Positions 27,790 to 37,783 of a DNA stretch of 64,000 nucleotides are shown one piece after another. Each line of letters starts with the position of its first letter. The stretch's first letter is position 1. This stretch comes from a virus. The DNA is taken from IMG/VR virus record IMGVR_UViG_2706796514_000001, positions 65,960-129,959 of that record; one strand, written 5' to 3'. Position numbers and translations under genes: made by a program. Below the pieces are notes generated by a model, which was not told the DNA's origin, made no database searches, and saw nothing but the letters and a program-made list of their open reading frames with translations.

Positions 27790-28680
27790 TTAGATAGATA
27801 CTTTACCCAACTCACCTTGAAGAATACCCACCGCTGCATAGATAGCTGCTAGTTTATCGGTGTACTCTGTCATAAAGTTAACACTTTCGGTAACATCAGG
27901 ATCATCCTTATGATTAAGACTTTCGAAGTACTTAACACCTTTGATGAAGAATGTATTATCTAGTTGTAAAGATAAAATACCATCATAATCCAGCTCAATC
28001 AACTTAACGTATTTACCTGCTGATGTGTGGGTTAACACTTCATCACTAGCACAATACTCCTTGGTAATACTCACTGTTGCAGACTTAGGTGCTTTATCTA
28101 ACTCTGACTTCTTACCGAGCTTAGTAACCTCACCAAGCATAAACGGTTCTGGTACAGTGGATTCTTTTACTACATACTGAGTTAATAACTTCTCCATCAG
28201 GGCAGCTTCTTGTTTGAATAATTCAAACTCACAATCACTACTGTTACCGATAACATTCTGCAGAATAAAAGAGATTCCTTCATCAGCAACATTCCGTGGT
28301 GCATCAATGAGTACTTGGTTGGTATCAAAGTTTACAAATGCCATAAAAGTTTTATGTGTTACACCAGATAGACGTTTTGCTTGAAGGTAGATTTCCTCTT
28401 GAATTCTGGCAACAGTTTCTTGAGATTCATCACCTTTCAAGCGTAGAGATAACTCTTCATCAAGGATGTCTTGTTTGGGTTCCTTGCGAACCGAATGTTT
28501 AATCTTTAACGCTAAGGTGTTATTACCAGCCAGAGAGATTTCTTGCAGGGTTTTACCCTCAAATAGTTCCACTAGGCCAATACTAGAGTCCTGTTGCTGC
28601 GTTAAAGGTTGGTACAGGGCAGCAGGTGCTACTTCGATAGCTGGTGTTGTTTTTGCTGAGTAAAGTGTAATCTGTTTCAT
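27790..28680 (-). CDS. rdgC: RdgC-like recombination-associated protein
   Basis: 296 aa; SIGLVE...RKEPKQDILDEEL...VLIDA...VKLIELDYDGILSLQL pattern recalls RdgC. Confidence 0.6.
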   Translation of the reverse strand: MKQITLYSAKTTPAIEVAPAALYQPLTQQQDSSIGLVELFEGKTLQEISLAGNNTLALKIKHSVRKEPKQDILDEELSLRLKGDESQETVARIQEEIYLQAKRLSGVTHKTFMAFVNFDTNQVLIDAPRNVADEGISFILQNVIGNSSDCEFELFKQEAALMEKLLTQYVVKESTVPEPFMLGEVTKLGKKSELDKAPKSATVSITKEYCASDEVLTHTSAGKYVKLIELDYDGILSLQLDNTFFIKGVKYFESLNHKDDPDVTESVNFMTEYTDKLAAIYAAVGILQGELGKVSI

Positions 28681-28729
28681 AATAGTGTTCTCCTTTAGAG
28701 GCTAGTGTTATTTGTAATAAGTGTGCTCC

Positions 28730-28757
28730 ATTTTACAGGAGCGGTTTTAGTTGTCAA
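28730..28757 (-). promoter_or_regulatory. sigma70-type promoter with the -10 box in a hairpin loop
   Basis: TTGACA-16-TAAAAT; GCTCC/GGAGC flank the -10. Confidence 0.6.
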
Positions 28758-28760
28758 GGG

Positions 28761-28964
28761 TTATTTCTTTTCTAGTAAGTAATATCCTACTACCAATAAA
28801 ACAATCGATACAGCCATGTGTAATAACCAGTACCCTAAGTTTGATAGTACAATAGTAAAGAACCCTGCATCAGTTTTGATTAATTCATAGATAGCGTGTC
28901 CTATCCAGAATAGGTTGCCTGAGATAAGTCCTAACCAGCCTAATAACATCATCAAATATTTCAT
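28761..28964 (-). CDS. small membrane protein
   Basis: two hydrophobic helices; AAGGAG SD before MKYL. Confidence 0.75.
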   Translation of the reverse strand: MKYLMMLLGWLGLISGNLFWIGHAIYELIKTDAGFFTIVLSNLGYWLLHMAVSIVLLVVGYYLLEKK

Positions 28965-28974
28965 AGTATTCTCC

Positions 28975-29157
28975 TTATTCGTCAAACATACCTGTCTCTG
29001 CAATAGCTACTAGCATACCCATACTTTTTAACATAGCGATGTCATCTCCGTCAGCAAGTAGTTCTTTTATAGCAGAGTAACCTTCTTCATAGTGTGCTTT
29101 CTCCTCGTCTGATGCTCCAGACAAGATGCCTTTTATCATATAGATATATTCGTTCAT
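28975..29157 (-). CDS. hypothetical protein
   Basis: 60-aa ORF behind a promoter. Confidence 0.7.
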   Translation of the reverse strand: MNEYIYMIKGILSGASDEEKAHYEEGYSAIKELLADGDDIAMLKSMGMLVAIAETGMFDE

Positions 29158-29213
29158 AGTATTCCCCTTTATAATGTAATTATAGCAAGAGCCAACCCCT
29201 TGCTGTTGTGTGT

Positions 29214-29242
29214 ATAATATTATAGGTGGTGTTCTGTGTCAA
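29214..29242 (-). promoter_or_regulatory. sigma70-type promoter
   Basis: TTGACA-17-TATTAT, bracketed by CCCTTG/CAAGGG. Confidence 0.65.
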
Positions 29243-29753
29243 GGGTTAGTTTGAGTTTTTCTACAGACCCTTTTAATCCATAATCAGAACCTTCTACTAT
29301 AGGATGTCTACTTGGCCTTAGTAAATGATAACCTAACTCCCCTCGTAGGTTTCTCTTATAAACCATAGATTTTGTTAAGTTGAAGTGTATTCTCCACTCA
29401 GATAGACACAAAGTTAGCCCTTCGATCGTTACTTTTCTGTTATCCGATTTATTTCTTACCTGCTCAGTGATAGTAGACCACTTACAATTCTCTACACTAT
29501 AATCTTTAGTGTTATCTAATCGGTCTAAGGTGAGCCCATCCTGATATGCTTCATACATATCGTCATAAAATTGTTTAAAATCAGACCAACTTTCATCGAA
29601 AGTAATACCTTTACCTCCGTAATACTCATAACCATTACAAGTCTCTCTTGTACACCTAGCTTTCATACCTTCCCATATGTGGTAAAATCTGGTATTAATC
29701 ATCCCATGTTTTTTAATGAAACGTCCCTCTTCATCCCTCGTATTCGCACTCAA
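29220..29753 (-). CDS. HNH homing endonuclease
   Basis: YHIWEGMKARC...YGGKGI...LTLDRLDNTKDYSVENCKWST..EQVRN. Confidence 0.9.
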   Translation of the reverse strand: MSANTRDEEGRFIKKHGMINTRFYHIWEGMKARCTRETCNGYEYYGGKGITFDESWSDFKQFYDDMYEAYQDGLTLDRLDNTKDYSVENCKWSTITEQVRNKSDNRKVTIEGLTLCLSEWRIHFNLTKSMVYKRNLRGELGYHLLRPSRHPIVEGSDYGLKGSVEKLKLTLDTEHHL

Positions 29754-29811
29754 TAGTACACTCCTTGAAAAATGATAAACCTTACCTTTTGTAAGGTTTA
29801 TCTATGATTAT

Positions 29812-30813
29812 TTAAACAATATTCATATGTAATGATTCTCGTTTCTCTTTATCGAATAAGTTGGTACGACCTCTAGACTCTGCACCGCAATCACGACAAC
29901 GGTATCGTTGGAACTTAGAAACTCCTGTGTAGGCGAAACCATATTCTACAATATCTGTGCTCCCGCAACGACAAACAACATCTACACCTTCATTAAACAA
30001 ATTAAAGTTAACGTGTTTCTTATCCCAAGGTGCCAGTTTCAAGTATAATTCTTCTAAAGATAGCACATCATATTCATTATATACTTTCATTTCTGCCCAA
30101 GCATCTGGGTTATCTTTTAAACATTCAGCCCACAGTTTATACCCTGCAAAAGATTGGTGTGTTAACTTTTTATATTTGGTGCATAATTTGTCAGACATAT
30201 ATTCTAACTTGTTACTTGTGAAAGCAAAACTACTCTTAGCCATCTGTAAAGTATCTATATGCTTATAACTAGATGGTGGTGTGTAACCGTTCATTATAAA
30301 ACGAGCATTAATCTTTTTAGCATCAAACTTCTTACTGTTTTGACCAATAACCACATCAGCTTCATCTAGCAGCTTCCATAGACTATCTAGGAGTTTACTA
30401 TCGTCTTCTTGATCCACATAACCTTGTAAATCTTCATACATAACCTCACCTTCGGGGTCACCACTCCAACGTGCTGCATAGCTGAGTATAAACCAATCGG
30501 TCTCTATTTGATTTAAACCTAAGTTATTCTGCCACATACTCCAAACTGCTCCTCGAAGTGGGGCTGTTTCAATATCAAAGTACAAAATACGTACATTACC
30601 GTCTAAAGGGTTAAACTGTTGCTCTGGTTTATCACCAACCACTACATCTCCACGCTTGATAGCACTACGGATGGTACTTTCTTTACTCTCACTACCTAAC
30701 ACCTCACGGGCTGCCCCACGCACACTGTCACCTGCATTCAATGCTGCTTCAATTGCCGCTACTAACTCTGGGTTGTTCTTTAACTTAATATTGCTCAAAT
30801 ATCTTCTCCTCAA
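29812..30813 (-). CDS. DEDD 3'-5' exonuclease (RNase H-like) with a C-terminal zinc ribbon
   Basis: YFDIET, GQNSKKFDAK, HIDTL, YNEYDV and CRC...CRDC. Confidence 0.85.
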   Translation of the reverse strand: MRRRYLSNIKLKNNPELVAAIEAALNAGDSVRGAAREVLGSESKESTIRSAIKRGDVVVGDKPEQQFNPLDGNVRILYFDIETAPLRGAVWSMWQNNLGLNQIETDWFILSYAARWSGDPEGEVMYEDLQGYVDQEDDSKLLDSLWKLLDEADVVIGQNSKKFDAKKINARFIMNGYTPPSSYKHIDTLQMAKSSFAFTSNKLEYMSDKLCTKYKKLTHQSFAGYKLWAECLKDNPDAWAEMKVYNEYDVLSLEELYLKLAPWDKKHVNFNLFNEGVDVVCRCGSTDIVEYGFAYTGVSKFQRYRCRDCGAESRGRTNLFDKEKRESLHMNIV

Positions 30814-30819
30814 TTAAAA

Positions 30820-31251
30820 CTACTTACGCTTAAAAACTCTCTGCACAACAGTAACTACTTCTTCCGATACAACCTCTACGAATTCAGCATCACTCACCCA
30901 ATCAATAGCCTCTGGTTCGCCATGTTTACCTCCACCATACCAATAAGTCCACCCGATCCACTTATCTTCTATCTGGCGAACCTTGAAGTCACTCTCATAA
31001 TGACGGGACGACTGGTTACTGTACAGGTTACACTCTTCACCAGACTCTCGGAAAGTATAATTCAACTCTTCGTAGATATATTCATCCACGTAATCACAAC
31101 CCTCTATATATTCTAAAGGATCTTCTGCAATCTTCGTAGCATTCTCTAAGGTAACAATAGTACCTTCCACTAGTGACAGGTCTTCATTATCCTTTAAAAC
31201 TTCTGTAATTACTACGTAATTAATATAATCTTTCGGTGTCAATTCTTTCAT
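30820..31251 (-). CDS. hypothetical protein
   Basis: 143-aa ORF. Confidence 0.85.
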   Translation of the reverse strand: MKELTPKDYINYVVITEVLKDNEDLSLVEGTIVTLENATKIAEDPLEYIEGCDYVDEYIYEELNYTFRESGEECNLYSNQSSRHYESDFKVRQIEDKWIGWTYWYGGGKHGEPEAIDWVSDAEFVEVVSEEVVTVVQRVFKRK

Positions 31252-31267
31252 AAACCCTACTCCTCAA

Positions 31268-31486
31268 TTAAATACTTTTGTTGTAGTCTTCTCTATCTAT
31301 CCACACAACAATACCTACCTTTCCAGTATCGTTAACCAATTGGTTAGTGTTTACCTCTGCCGTGGCAAAAGTAATCTCTGTGTCCTTAGTTACCTTTTTA
31401 TCCTTAACATCTATGACTGAGTTATTTATAAATTGTAATCTAAGATTATCCTCTCCTACCTTACTCAGTAGTTCTAATATTCCCAT
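31268..31486 (-). CDS. hypothetical protein
   Basis: 72-aa ORF. Confidence 0.75.
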   Translation of the reverse strand: MGILELLSKVGEDNLRLQFINNSVIDVKDKKVTKDTEITFATAEVNTNQLVNDTGKVGIVVWIDREDYNKSI

Positions 31487-31489
31487 AAC

Positions 31490-31711
31490 TTACTCCAATA
31501 TATCCAAGCACACTACATCCCAATAAATTAAGGACTCTTCACAAGCATCTTCTGCTGGCAAGGAAACATACTCTGGTTCAATAAGCCAATCATATTTCTC
31601 AAGTATAACTTCTGCCACTACACTATCTGATGGCTCAAAACTCCACGCACCTACTTGAAAATCATCACCACTCTCGGTTTTATCATACGCAAACCAAATT
31701 GTTTTACTCAT
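31490..31711 (-). CDS. hypothetical protein
   Basis: ORF; likely start MSKTIW with GGAGG SD. Confidence 0.7.
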   Translation of the reverse strand: MSKTIWFAYDKTESGDDFQVGAWSFEPSDSVVAEVILEKYDWLIEPEYVSLPAEDACEESLIYWDVVCLDILE

Positions 31712-31886
31712 AAACCACCTCCAACTGTTCAACCCATTTACTTACAATACTCTCAATTTCACCGAGAAGCTCTCTCTTATCCCAATCTTCCTTATAAATA
31801 TCATAATCCACTGTGCCAATGATATCCTCTGCGATACCCTGTAACTCTTCCTCAGTAAACTTAACCTTTGCTATTTCTCTCATAAA

Positions 31887-32087
31887 CTACCCTCCTCCTA
31901 ATAAAAATTCTTTAGCTAATCTCTCATCTTCTTCCGTACACCCATTACATGAGATCACCTCTGAGAAACGCATACCTTTTATATCATCAAAACTTCTACG
32001 TTTTAAGTTCAAGTATACAGTGTCCTCTGGAAATAAACACTTCATCTGCGATTTTGTACCAATTCTATGGATAACTAATTTACTCAC
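31887..32087 (-). CDS. hypothetical protein
   Basis: 66-aa ORF, coupled. Confidence 0.7.
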   Translation of the reverse strand: MSKLVIHRIGTKSQMKCLFPEDTVYLNLKRRSFDDIKGMRFSEVISCNGCTEEDERLAKEFLLGGG

Positions 32088-32308
32088 ACTCTACCCTCCA
32101 CATATGTATAATCAAACCACTCCATTGTGTGCTTATGATGTTCAAGGTTTTTCTTGGCCTCCTCAAACTCCCTATGAAGCCTTTCAAGCTCTAGTTCGTC
32201 CAGAAGATCTCTCAGTCGCTCATATTCTTGTTGGGCTTCATTTAAAGCTTCTACTAGGTTTCGGTACAACTCTTGTATTTCTGGATCATCTGTCTCTCTG
32301 TTAGTCAC
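32084..32308 (-). CDS. hypothetical coiled-coil protein
   Basis: 74-aa ORF with GAGGAG SD. Confidence 0.75.
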   Translation of the reverse strand: MTNRETDDPEIQELYRNLVEALNEAQQEYERLRDLLDELELERLHREFEEAKKNLEHHKHTMEWFDYTYVEGRV

Positions 32309-32325
32309 ATTGATTAACTCCTCTG

Positions 32326-32523
32326 TTATAAACCCTGACTTTCCATAAACCCTTCCACCATATAAAGCTCATCCTCTAAACTCTCGATCCGCTGTGCCAT
32401 TGCTAGCAAGAATCCATTACCAGTTTCATCCTGCCACAACTCACCGTGACGATAAACCTCCTGTCTGCCAGTGGACTCCTCGAATACATATGTGTACTTA
32501 CCGTTTTCTAATTCAATCTTCAC
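32326..32523 (-). CDS. hypothetical protein
   Basis: likely GTG start at 32523 with GGAGG SD. Confidence 0.65.
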   Translation of the reverse strand: MKIELENGKYTYVFEESTGRQEVYRHGELWQDETGNGFLLAMAQRIESLEDELYMVEGFMESQGL

Positions 32524-32785
32524 GTTTACCTCCAAACTTCTGACTAATCCACATCGCACCAAAACACCCCACCGTACCACCAACACCAGCAGCTACAATT
32601 AAACCTAGTTTAGGTAGGTGGCTATCTGCAATCAATGATATCACATATACTTCACAAGTGGCAATGCCTAAACTAGTTGGTAATATCCACAACCATTGTT
32701 GCTTGGTTATGTTTAACACTTGAAGGCTACGTAACATGACGTAACCTCCCGATGCCAATAGTTGTGTGATGAATAGAAGTATCAC
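32513..32785 (-). CDS. membrane protein
   Basis: three hydrophobic segments. Confidence 0.7.
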   Translation of the reverse strand: MILLFITQLLASGGYVMLRSLQVLNITKQQWLWILPTSLGIATCEVYVISLIADSHLPKLGLIVAAGVGGTVGCFGAMWISQKFGGKRED

Positions 32786-33549
32786 AATGTGACACCACGC
32801 ATTTCAGCTAAACGTTTAATTTGTCCGTAGATAGCTTTAATCTCACGTTCTTCCTTGTGTTTACATTTATATCTGCTACACGTCTTCAGGATGTGAAATA
32901 TTACACCAGAATTATCCTTCTCACCAAGTTTCCATTGATCGGCAACAAAGTATGGATCGATCTTAATCTCACCTGCCTCGATATCTTCCTCTGTAAGCGT
33001 GTATGTGAAGTCATAGTGTTTATCTGTCCAAACACTAGCCTCTGCCGAAGAAACCTCCCCCTCGCCCTTAGAAGACTCCTGCTGCTCGATATCTTTGTTA
33101 TCAACAGGAACACTAAACGATGCCAGAACATCTTCCTTAGCAACCATACCTTTTTCTTCTGGTGTGTACGCTTTTACTAAGTAAGAATCCTTGTTCTCAC
33201 GAACGAAATGCCAACCCTTACCTAGGCTAGATTCTACCTTGCAGCATAGATAAGTGTGTTGTCCTCGATGTTTCTTGTGGTAATAGAATAGATTATTCTT
33301 GATATCTAAGTAACCACTTATGTCATCGATAACACACATTATCGCATTAGATTTAGCTGTTGACCGTATAAACTTACCTAATCCAATATCCCTCTTCCAG
33401 TTCTCGAATGGTCTCTTTTTGGTAGAGGTATTTTCATCTTGATTAGAGAATCGTGTGATTTTCCAACCACCCTTTTTGCAGAATGGTTTTTGATCAGGTA
33501 GACTATCCTCCCAGTAGATATCTTCTTTGGCCTGTAATAATTTAATCAT
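32782..33549 (-). CDS. hypothetical protein
   Basis: 255-aa ORF with AAGGAG SD; C-terminal KIDPYFVAD...FHILKTCSR domain. Confidence 0.85.
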   Translation of the reverse strand: MIKLLQAKEDIYWEDSLPDQKPFCKKGGWKITRFSNQDENTSTKKRPFENWKRDIGLGKFIRSTAKSNAIMCVIDDISGYLDIKNNLFYYHKKHRGQHTYLCCKVESSLGKGWHFVRENKDSYLVKAYTPEEKGMVAKEDVLASFSVPVDNKDIEQQESSKGEGEVSSAEASVWTDKHYDFTYTLTEEDIEAGEIKIDPYFVADQWKLGEKDNSGVIFHILKTCSRYKCKHKEEREIKAIYGQIKRLAEMRGVTL

Positions 33550-33593
33550 AAAATTCTCCTTTGCTGGTTAACTATATTTGACTTATAAAGCTC

Positions 33594-33621
33594 ATATTAT
33601 CAGAGTGGTTCTATAAGTCAA
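33594..33621 (-). promoter_or_regulatory. sigma70-type promoter inside an inverted repeat
   Basis: TTGACT-16-TAATAT; TTGACTTATA (33578-33587) / TATAAGTCAA (33612-33621). Confidence 0.6.
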
Positions 33622-33634
33622 CAAGTGTTTACTT

Positions 33635-34744
33635 TTATTCTACAGGATTACCTTGTGAGTCACATCCACGGAAGTATAAACCTCGTGCAAAAGTAGGTTT
33701 ACCTAGTTCAGTGTAATCTTGGTATTGGAAGTTAACCCACTCACCTGTACGATTACTTAACTTTTCATAAGTGTTTTCTTCGTGAGAACCATTCATCGAT
33801 AGTTCGAACTGAACAAACTCATTGTTGTAAGGTGATTTCCATTCCATTGTAAACAAACCTTGTCCATTTTTATCGCACTCACAATTTATAACTTTTGCTT
33901 CACTATCAAGCATAACTTTATACTTAAGGAGATCATTAGATCTTTTGTTTTGAAATAAATAGTTCCCTTTTTTGTTTCGTAAAATCAACCCCTCATAACC
34001 TCTTATAAGTGCGTCAGAAAGTAGATCCTTTAGGTTATCCTTGCAAGCCAAGTCTTGATCAATCACATAAACACCACTTTCTTTAGTTGTAAAATTACTT
34101 ATGAGATTTAGTTCGTCTAACCTCTGTTCCCACTCCATATCTAACATAGGTATATCAAATATAATATACTCAACTCTAGGTGTTAATTCGTTAGGCTTTT
34201 TAACGCAAGACTGTATACGCTGCAACTTTTCTCCGTGGACATAAGCTTCTCCGTCTAACATAGACACTGCAGTGTTATTATGCAAATCCTTAAGAGGCTT
34301 GACTAAGTGTGTTGGTACAGGGTATCTTTTCCCTCCACGAGAGTGCCACTCAGGTTCTCCATTCACGAATACCGTTTTACAGCGTAATCCATCAAGTTTC
34401 ATACTTACATAGAATTCATCTTCCAAGAAATGAGGTTTCTTAGTATAATCCTGTGCAAGCATAACACCTTCTGTCAATAGCTCTCGTGCTTCTTCGACAG
34501 TCTCACGGTAATACTTGTCGTATTGTTTATTCCACTTTGATTGTGCTTCTAATACCGCTTGCTGTTCAGGTGTTGTCTCGTTTGCACGACCTTGATTCTT
34601 TGGCGTACATACAGTCTCTTTACGCTGCAACTTACCATCTAGTTTACCGTGCTCAACTATCACAGTATCACCTTCTGTCCAAACAGACCACTGTTGCACA
34701 CCACCTGATTTATTCACACAATACAATGTTTTCTTATCACTCAT
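33635..34744 (-). CDS. lig: ATP-dependent DNA ligase
   Basis: motif I SMKLDGLR, MLDGEAY, YIIFDIP, YEGLILR, LLKYK; OB-fold ending KPTFAR. Confidence 0.92.
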   Translation of the reverse strand: MSDKKTLYCVNKSGGVQQWSVWTEGDTVIVEHGKLDGKLQRKETVCTPKNQGRANETTPEQQAVLEAQSKWNKQYDKYYRETVEEARELLTEGVMLAQDYTKKPHFLEDEFYVSMKLDGLRCKTVFVNGEPEWHSRGGKRYPVPTHLVKPLKDLHNNTAVSMLDGEAYVHGEKLQRIQSCVKKPNELTPRVEYIIFDIPMLDMEWEQRLDELNLISNFTTKESGVYVIDQDLACKDNLKDLLSDALIRGYEGLILRNKKGNYLFQNKRSNDLLKYKVMLDSEAKVINCECDKNGQGLFTMEWKSPYNNEFVQFELSMNGSHEENTYEKLSNRTGEWVNFQYQDYTELGKPTFARGLYFRGCDSQGNPVE

Positions 34745-34983
34745 AACATCTCCTCCAACTCTACCCAACCATCACATACACGAACATCAAAACTATTGGA
34801 TAATATAAACAAATCCTTGATGTCCATTCTAATCTTTACCTCGTTAACATCTATTGTGTATTCGTCATAATCCTTCCGTTGACTGAACAACCTTGAGTCC
34901 ACATAAACCTCTAGTTGGCGTTTAGCATCTCCTTCGATAACACCTAACCTATGTAACTGTAAATCTACTATGATCATAACCAC
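34741..34983 (-). CDS. hypothetical protein
   Basis: 80-aa ORF, coupled. Confidence 0.7.
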   Translation of the reverse strand: MVMIIVDLQLHRLGVIEGDAKRQLEVYVDSRLFSQRKDYDEYTIDVNEVKIRMDIKDLFILSNSFDVRVCDGWVELEEML

Positions 34984-35252
34984 TCCACCTTAATATTAAA
35001 TCTATCCATAAACATAAGTAACTCATCTTCATAATGATTCTCATATGGATTATCTTCGTAACACTCACCACCAGTTACATAGTGGAATAGTACATCCTTG
35101 TAAAGTTGTTCTTTGCTGCAAGCACTACCATTTTGGTACCAATCAACTGCATTGTAACACTCAAACTTTAGTCCGCTGCAACAAGGACAATCCTCACTAC
35201 CATCCCACCAACTGTCATCTGTGACTTGGTATATTACTTTACTCTTATCCAT
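34974..35252 (-). CDS. hypothetical protein
   Basis: 92-aa ORF containing CPCC. Confidence 0.75.
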   Translation of the reverse strand: MDKSKVIYQVTDDSWWDGSEDCPCCSGLKFECYNAVDWYQNGSACSKEQLYKDVLFHYVTGGECYEDNPYENHYEDELLMFMDRFNIKVEWL

Positions 35253-35255
35253 ACT

Positions 35256-35465
35256 CTAATTCCAATCACTATAAACGTAATCACAACTGTCACCGTAGAA
35301 CGCACTGTTAACGTAGACACTATCACTATCAGATAGACCATCTGTTAAATAGTAGTCATCCACAACATCGTTGACCCCTTCTTCACGTAAGGCCATTGTT
35401 GTGCTACGGTAAAAATCCTTCGATGTTGTAATATACCCTGTTTCAATATTGTTGTACTGCTGCAT
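35256..35465 (-). CDS. hypothetical protein
   Basis: 69-aa ORF with AAGGA SD. Confidence 0.7.
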   Translation of the reverse strand: MQQYNNIETGYITTSKDFYRSTTMALREEGVNDVVDDYYLTDGLSDSDSVYVNSAFYGDSCDYVYSDWN

Positions 35466-35483
35466 AATCCTTCCTTTTATAAT

Positions 35484-35840
35484 TTATTTCTTCGGCATCA
35501 ATAGTGCCATCTCTTGTCCGCTAAGGATACCACTTTTATAACCGCCTGTCTCTATCTCATTCAAATATAATTGTAATGCACAGAGTTGGTATATCTTATA
35601 GTCGTTCCATTTGCGTGTGTATTGTACCGTGTGATCAAGTCTAAGCCGCAACCATTCACAGGATACCTTGTGTTTATACTCTACCTCTTTAGGTACAGGA
35701 GATCCACCGTTATCATCCAATCTAGTTCTCTTTGCAAACCTAGAATGCATCTTTGATATAGGAGCATCTCCTTCGTAAAAGGGGTGGTCTTTCCACGCAA
35801 GTTTCCACCCGTTCTCCCTTAAGTGTTCATACTTTTCCAT
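35484..35840 (-). CDS. hypothetical protein
   Basis: 118-aa ORF. Confidence 0.8.
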   Translation of the reverse strand: MEKYEHLRENGWKLAWKDHPFYEGDAPISKMHSRFAKRTRLDDNGGSPVPKEVEYKHKVSCEWLRLRLDHTVQYTRKWNDYKIYQLCALQLYLNEIETGGYKSGILSGQEMALLMPKK

Positions 35841-35843
35841 AAA

Positions 35844-36302
35844 CTAACCCGTCACACGGTCAGGGTTAACTGAGTAGTCCCAATCTTCTAGGCGTAAACC
35901 AACCACATAATCATGAAAACACTCTGGTAGCAGTTGGATTCCTTTTTGGTAGTAGGTTTCTGGTTCATCTTGTACACTCTTTAAATGGAAATCATCTGCA
36001 CGATAGAAGCATGTGTCTTCAAAAATAACTACTTCAATATAACCTTTTGCTGGTTCAATGAATAGTTCTACATTCCAATTTAGGTTGTGTACTTGGTAAC
36101 AAATCCCCCACCATTCAGTGAGTTTATCTGATAACGTAACGTTATAAGCTAAGGTTATAACGATAGCAGAGTTACCGTACTCCAGCACACCTAGATTCTT
36201 ACTGCAAGGCTTACGTCTACGTTTAGAAAGTTTACGAATCTTATCAGGGTAAACCTCTTTGTGTGCTGGGATGTCGAATTCTACCTTGGTTAAATCAATC
36301 AT
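35844..36302 (-). CDS. hypothetical protein
   Basis: likely start MIDLTK with AGGAG SD. Confidence 0.8.
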   Translation of the reverse strand: MIDLTKVEFDIPAHKEVYPDKIRKLSKRRRKPCSKNLGVLEYGNSAIVITLAYNVTLSDKLTEWWGICYQVHNLNWNVELFIEPAKGYIEVVIFEDTCFYRADDFHLKSVQDEPETYYQKGIQLLPECFHDYVVGLRLEDWDYSVNPDRVTG

Positions 36303-36312
36303 AATAATTCTC

Positions 36313-36540
36313 CTATAATTCGTATTCACGTTTAACACAGAAACTCTGTATCTTGTTGTAGTCTTTGTACTCATCAGGGAAGTCTATTTTAGCAGCCTCA
36401 TAGTACGCTCGTTCTTTTATCTGCTCGTATGATAACGGATAGTATACTTGAATGTCAACAACTATTCTAAAACTACCCTTACAAACATCACCTTGCTTTG
36501 TGAAAACAAACTCACACTCATAAATCTTCATCGTTTTCAT
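36313..36540 (-). CDS. hypothetical protein
   Basis: 75-aa ORF. Confidence 0.7.
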   Translation of the reverse strand: MKTMKIYECEFVFTKQGDVCKGSFRIVVDIQVYYPLSYEQIKERAYYEAAKIDFPDEYKDYNKIQSFCVKREYEL

Positions 36541-37015
36541 CTCCCTCCAACTCTTTCATAGACTCCAATAGGTTAATAAAGTCTTGTTGGATAATAAAAT
36601 CCTCTTCCATTGCTATCATTGTCTGTGAGTTATAAGAAGTGTATTCATCCAAATCTACAACTAAACTTTGGTCCTCGTTTTGTTTATCCTTCCACACTAA
36701 GTCTACATATTGATAGTTTTCGTATTCATACTGGAGCATCTCTAGGGCAATAACCTTTTCACGTAACAAAGCTAGTTGTTCAGGGACACCTTTCTTTATA
36801 TCAGCTTTCACCTTTAACCAATTGTAATCTTTCTCGATATCATACTTCTTAGGGGAGTACACCATCCAAAAGAAACCTTTTAGTCCTATCAGGACAGGAA
36901 CATCCTCGTCATAAGAAGTCTTCACGATACTACGATAGCTTATTGTTCTAGTGATACCTCTTATAATAAAGAACAACAACATTGTAACTGGAATACTCCA
37001 CCATTCAAAATTCAT
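36518..37015 (-). CDS. hypothetical protein with an N-terminal TM helix
   Basis: 165-aa ORF. Confidence 0.8.
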   Translation of the reverse strand: MNFEWWSIPVTMLLFFIIRGITRTISYRSIVKTSYDEDVPVLIGLKGFFWMVYSPKKYDIEKDYNWLKVKADIKKGVPEQLALLREKVIALEMLQYEYENYQYVDLVWKDKQNEDQSLVVDLDEYTSYNSQTMIAMEEDFIIQQDFINLLESMKELEGDENDEDL

Positions 37016-37349
37016 AACCTTTCTCCTGTAAGATAAATAATATGTTAGAGGTTACACTGTGCAATTCCTCTTGTAAAGCTTTAATTGTTAGATTAAGCAT
37101 AAAAGTTTTATGTTGGTAATCAAATGATGCAGCTAGAGAGCCGTCAGAGTATCGTAGCGGCTTTTCTGAGTCGTAGTAGAGCATTCCTTCGAATTGTGCT
37201 AATGATGCCGACAGAAAGGCTCTCTGCTTGATTAAAGGGTATGGTATTAGGTCAAGGACGTCTTTTCCAAACAGGTTAGCTAGTTCGACGAGTTGTTCTT
37301 GTTCATCATATTGTAAAGAATCCGTATTAAGGAAGTTAATTTTGTTCAT
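37005..37349 (-). CDS. hypothetical protein, first gene of the minus-strand arm
   Basis: 114-aa ORF behind a promoter. Confidence 0.8.
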   Translation of the reverse strand: MNKINFLNTDSLQYDEQEQLVELANLFGKDVLDLIPYPLIKQRAFLSASLAQFEGMLYYDSEKPLRYSDGSLAASFDYQHKTFMLNLTIKALQEELHSVTSNILFILQEKGYEF

Positions 37350-37390
37350 AATGGTAGCCTTCTGTTGATGTATTTTGTTTCGATGAGGGT

Positions 37391-37419
37391 ATATTATAGT
37401 AAGGTATTGTGGGAGTCAA
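37391..37419 (-). promoter_or_regulatory. sigma70-type promoter
   Basis: TTGACT-17-TAATAT. Confidence 0.55.
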
Positions 37420-37458
37420 GGGTTATTTTCGTTGAGGGGTAAATTTTAGGTAATAAAA

Positions 37459-37490
37459 AAGCTCTCACCTGTTTGATTAGGTGAGAGCTT
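37459..37490. terminator. strong intrinsic terminator-like hairpin
   Basis: 12-bp perfect stem AAGCTCTCACCT/AGGTGAGAGCTT, with an A-run on the left and a 13-T run on the right. Confidence 0.8.
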
Positions 37491-37520
37491 AAAGTTTTTT
37501 TTTTTTTATGAATTGTTAGT

Positions 37521-37703
37521 ATGACCGCCCACATAGACACAGAAAACCTTGAAACAGAGGTGCAAGAGTGTGACCCGCACAACGTACATGATTTACAAAG
37601 AGCGTTACAAAGAGTTAATCACTCAAAGCGCGGGTATATGTTTTTACTAGGCGTATCGGTGTTTTTTAATTTAGTGTTTATTTTTGGGAGGGTTATAGAA
37701 TGA
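37521..37703 (+). CDS. small protein with a C-terminal TM helix
   Basis: 60-aa ORF, coupled to the next ORF. Confidence 0.65.
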   Translation: MTAHIDTENLETEVQECDPHNVHDLQRALQRVNHSKRGYMFLLGVSVFFNLVFIFGRVIE

Positions 37704-37783
37704 AAGCAAATAGATGGACTGTCGGAGCGTTTGCAGCAAGTGCGGCGTTATGGGTTTTATTCTTTTGGGTGTTGTTAGTATGA
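37700..37783 (+). CDS. 27-aa hydrophobic peptide
   Basis: GGGAGG SD; ATGA overlaps at both ends (MKANRWTVGAFAASAALWVLFFWVLLV). Confidence 0.55.
   Translation: MKANRWTVGAFAASAALWVLFFWVLLV

Noticed and set aside
37495-37507. 13-T tract as a phase-variation switch
   Set aside because: It is intergenic, follows a terminator hairpin and is not in a promoter spacer or coding frame. Its length may also be a sequencing artefact.
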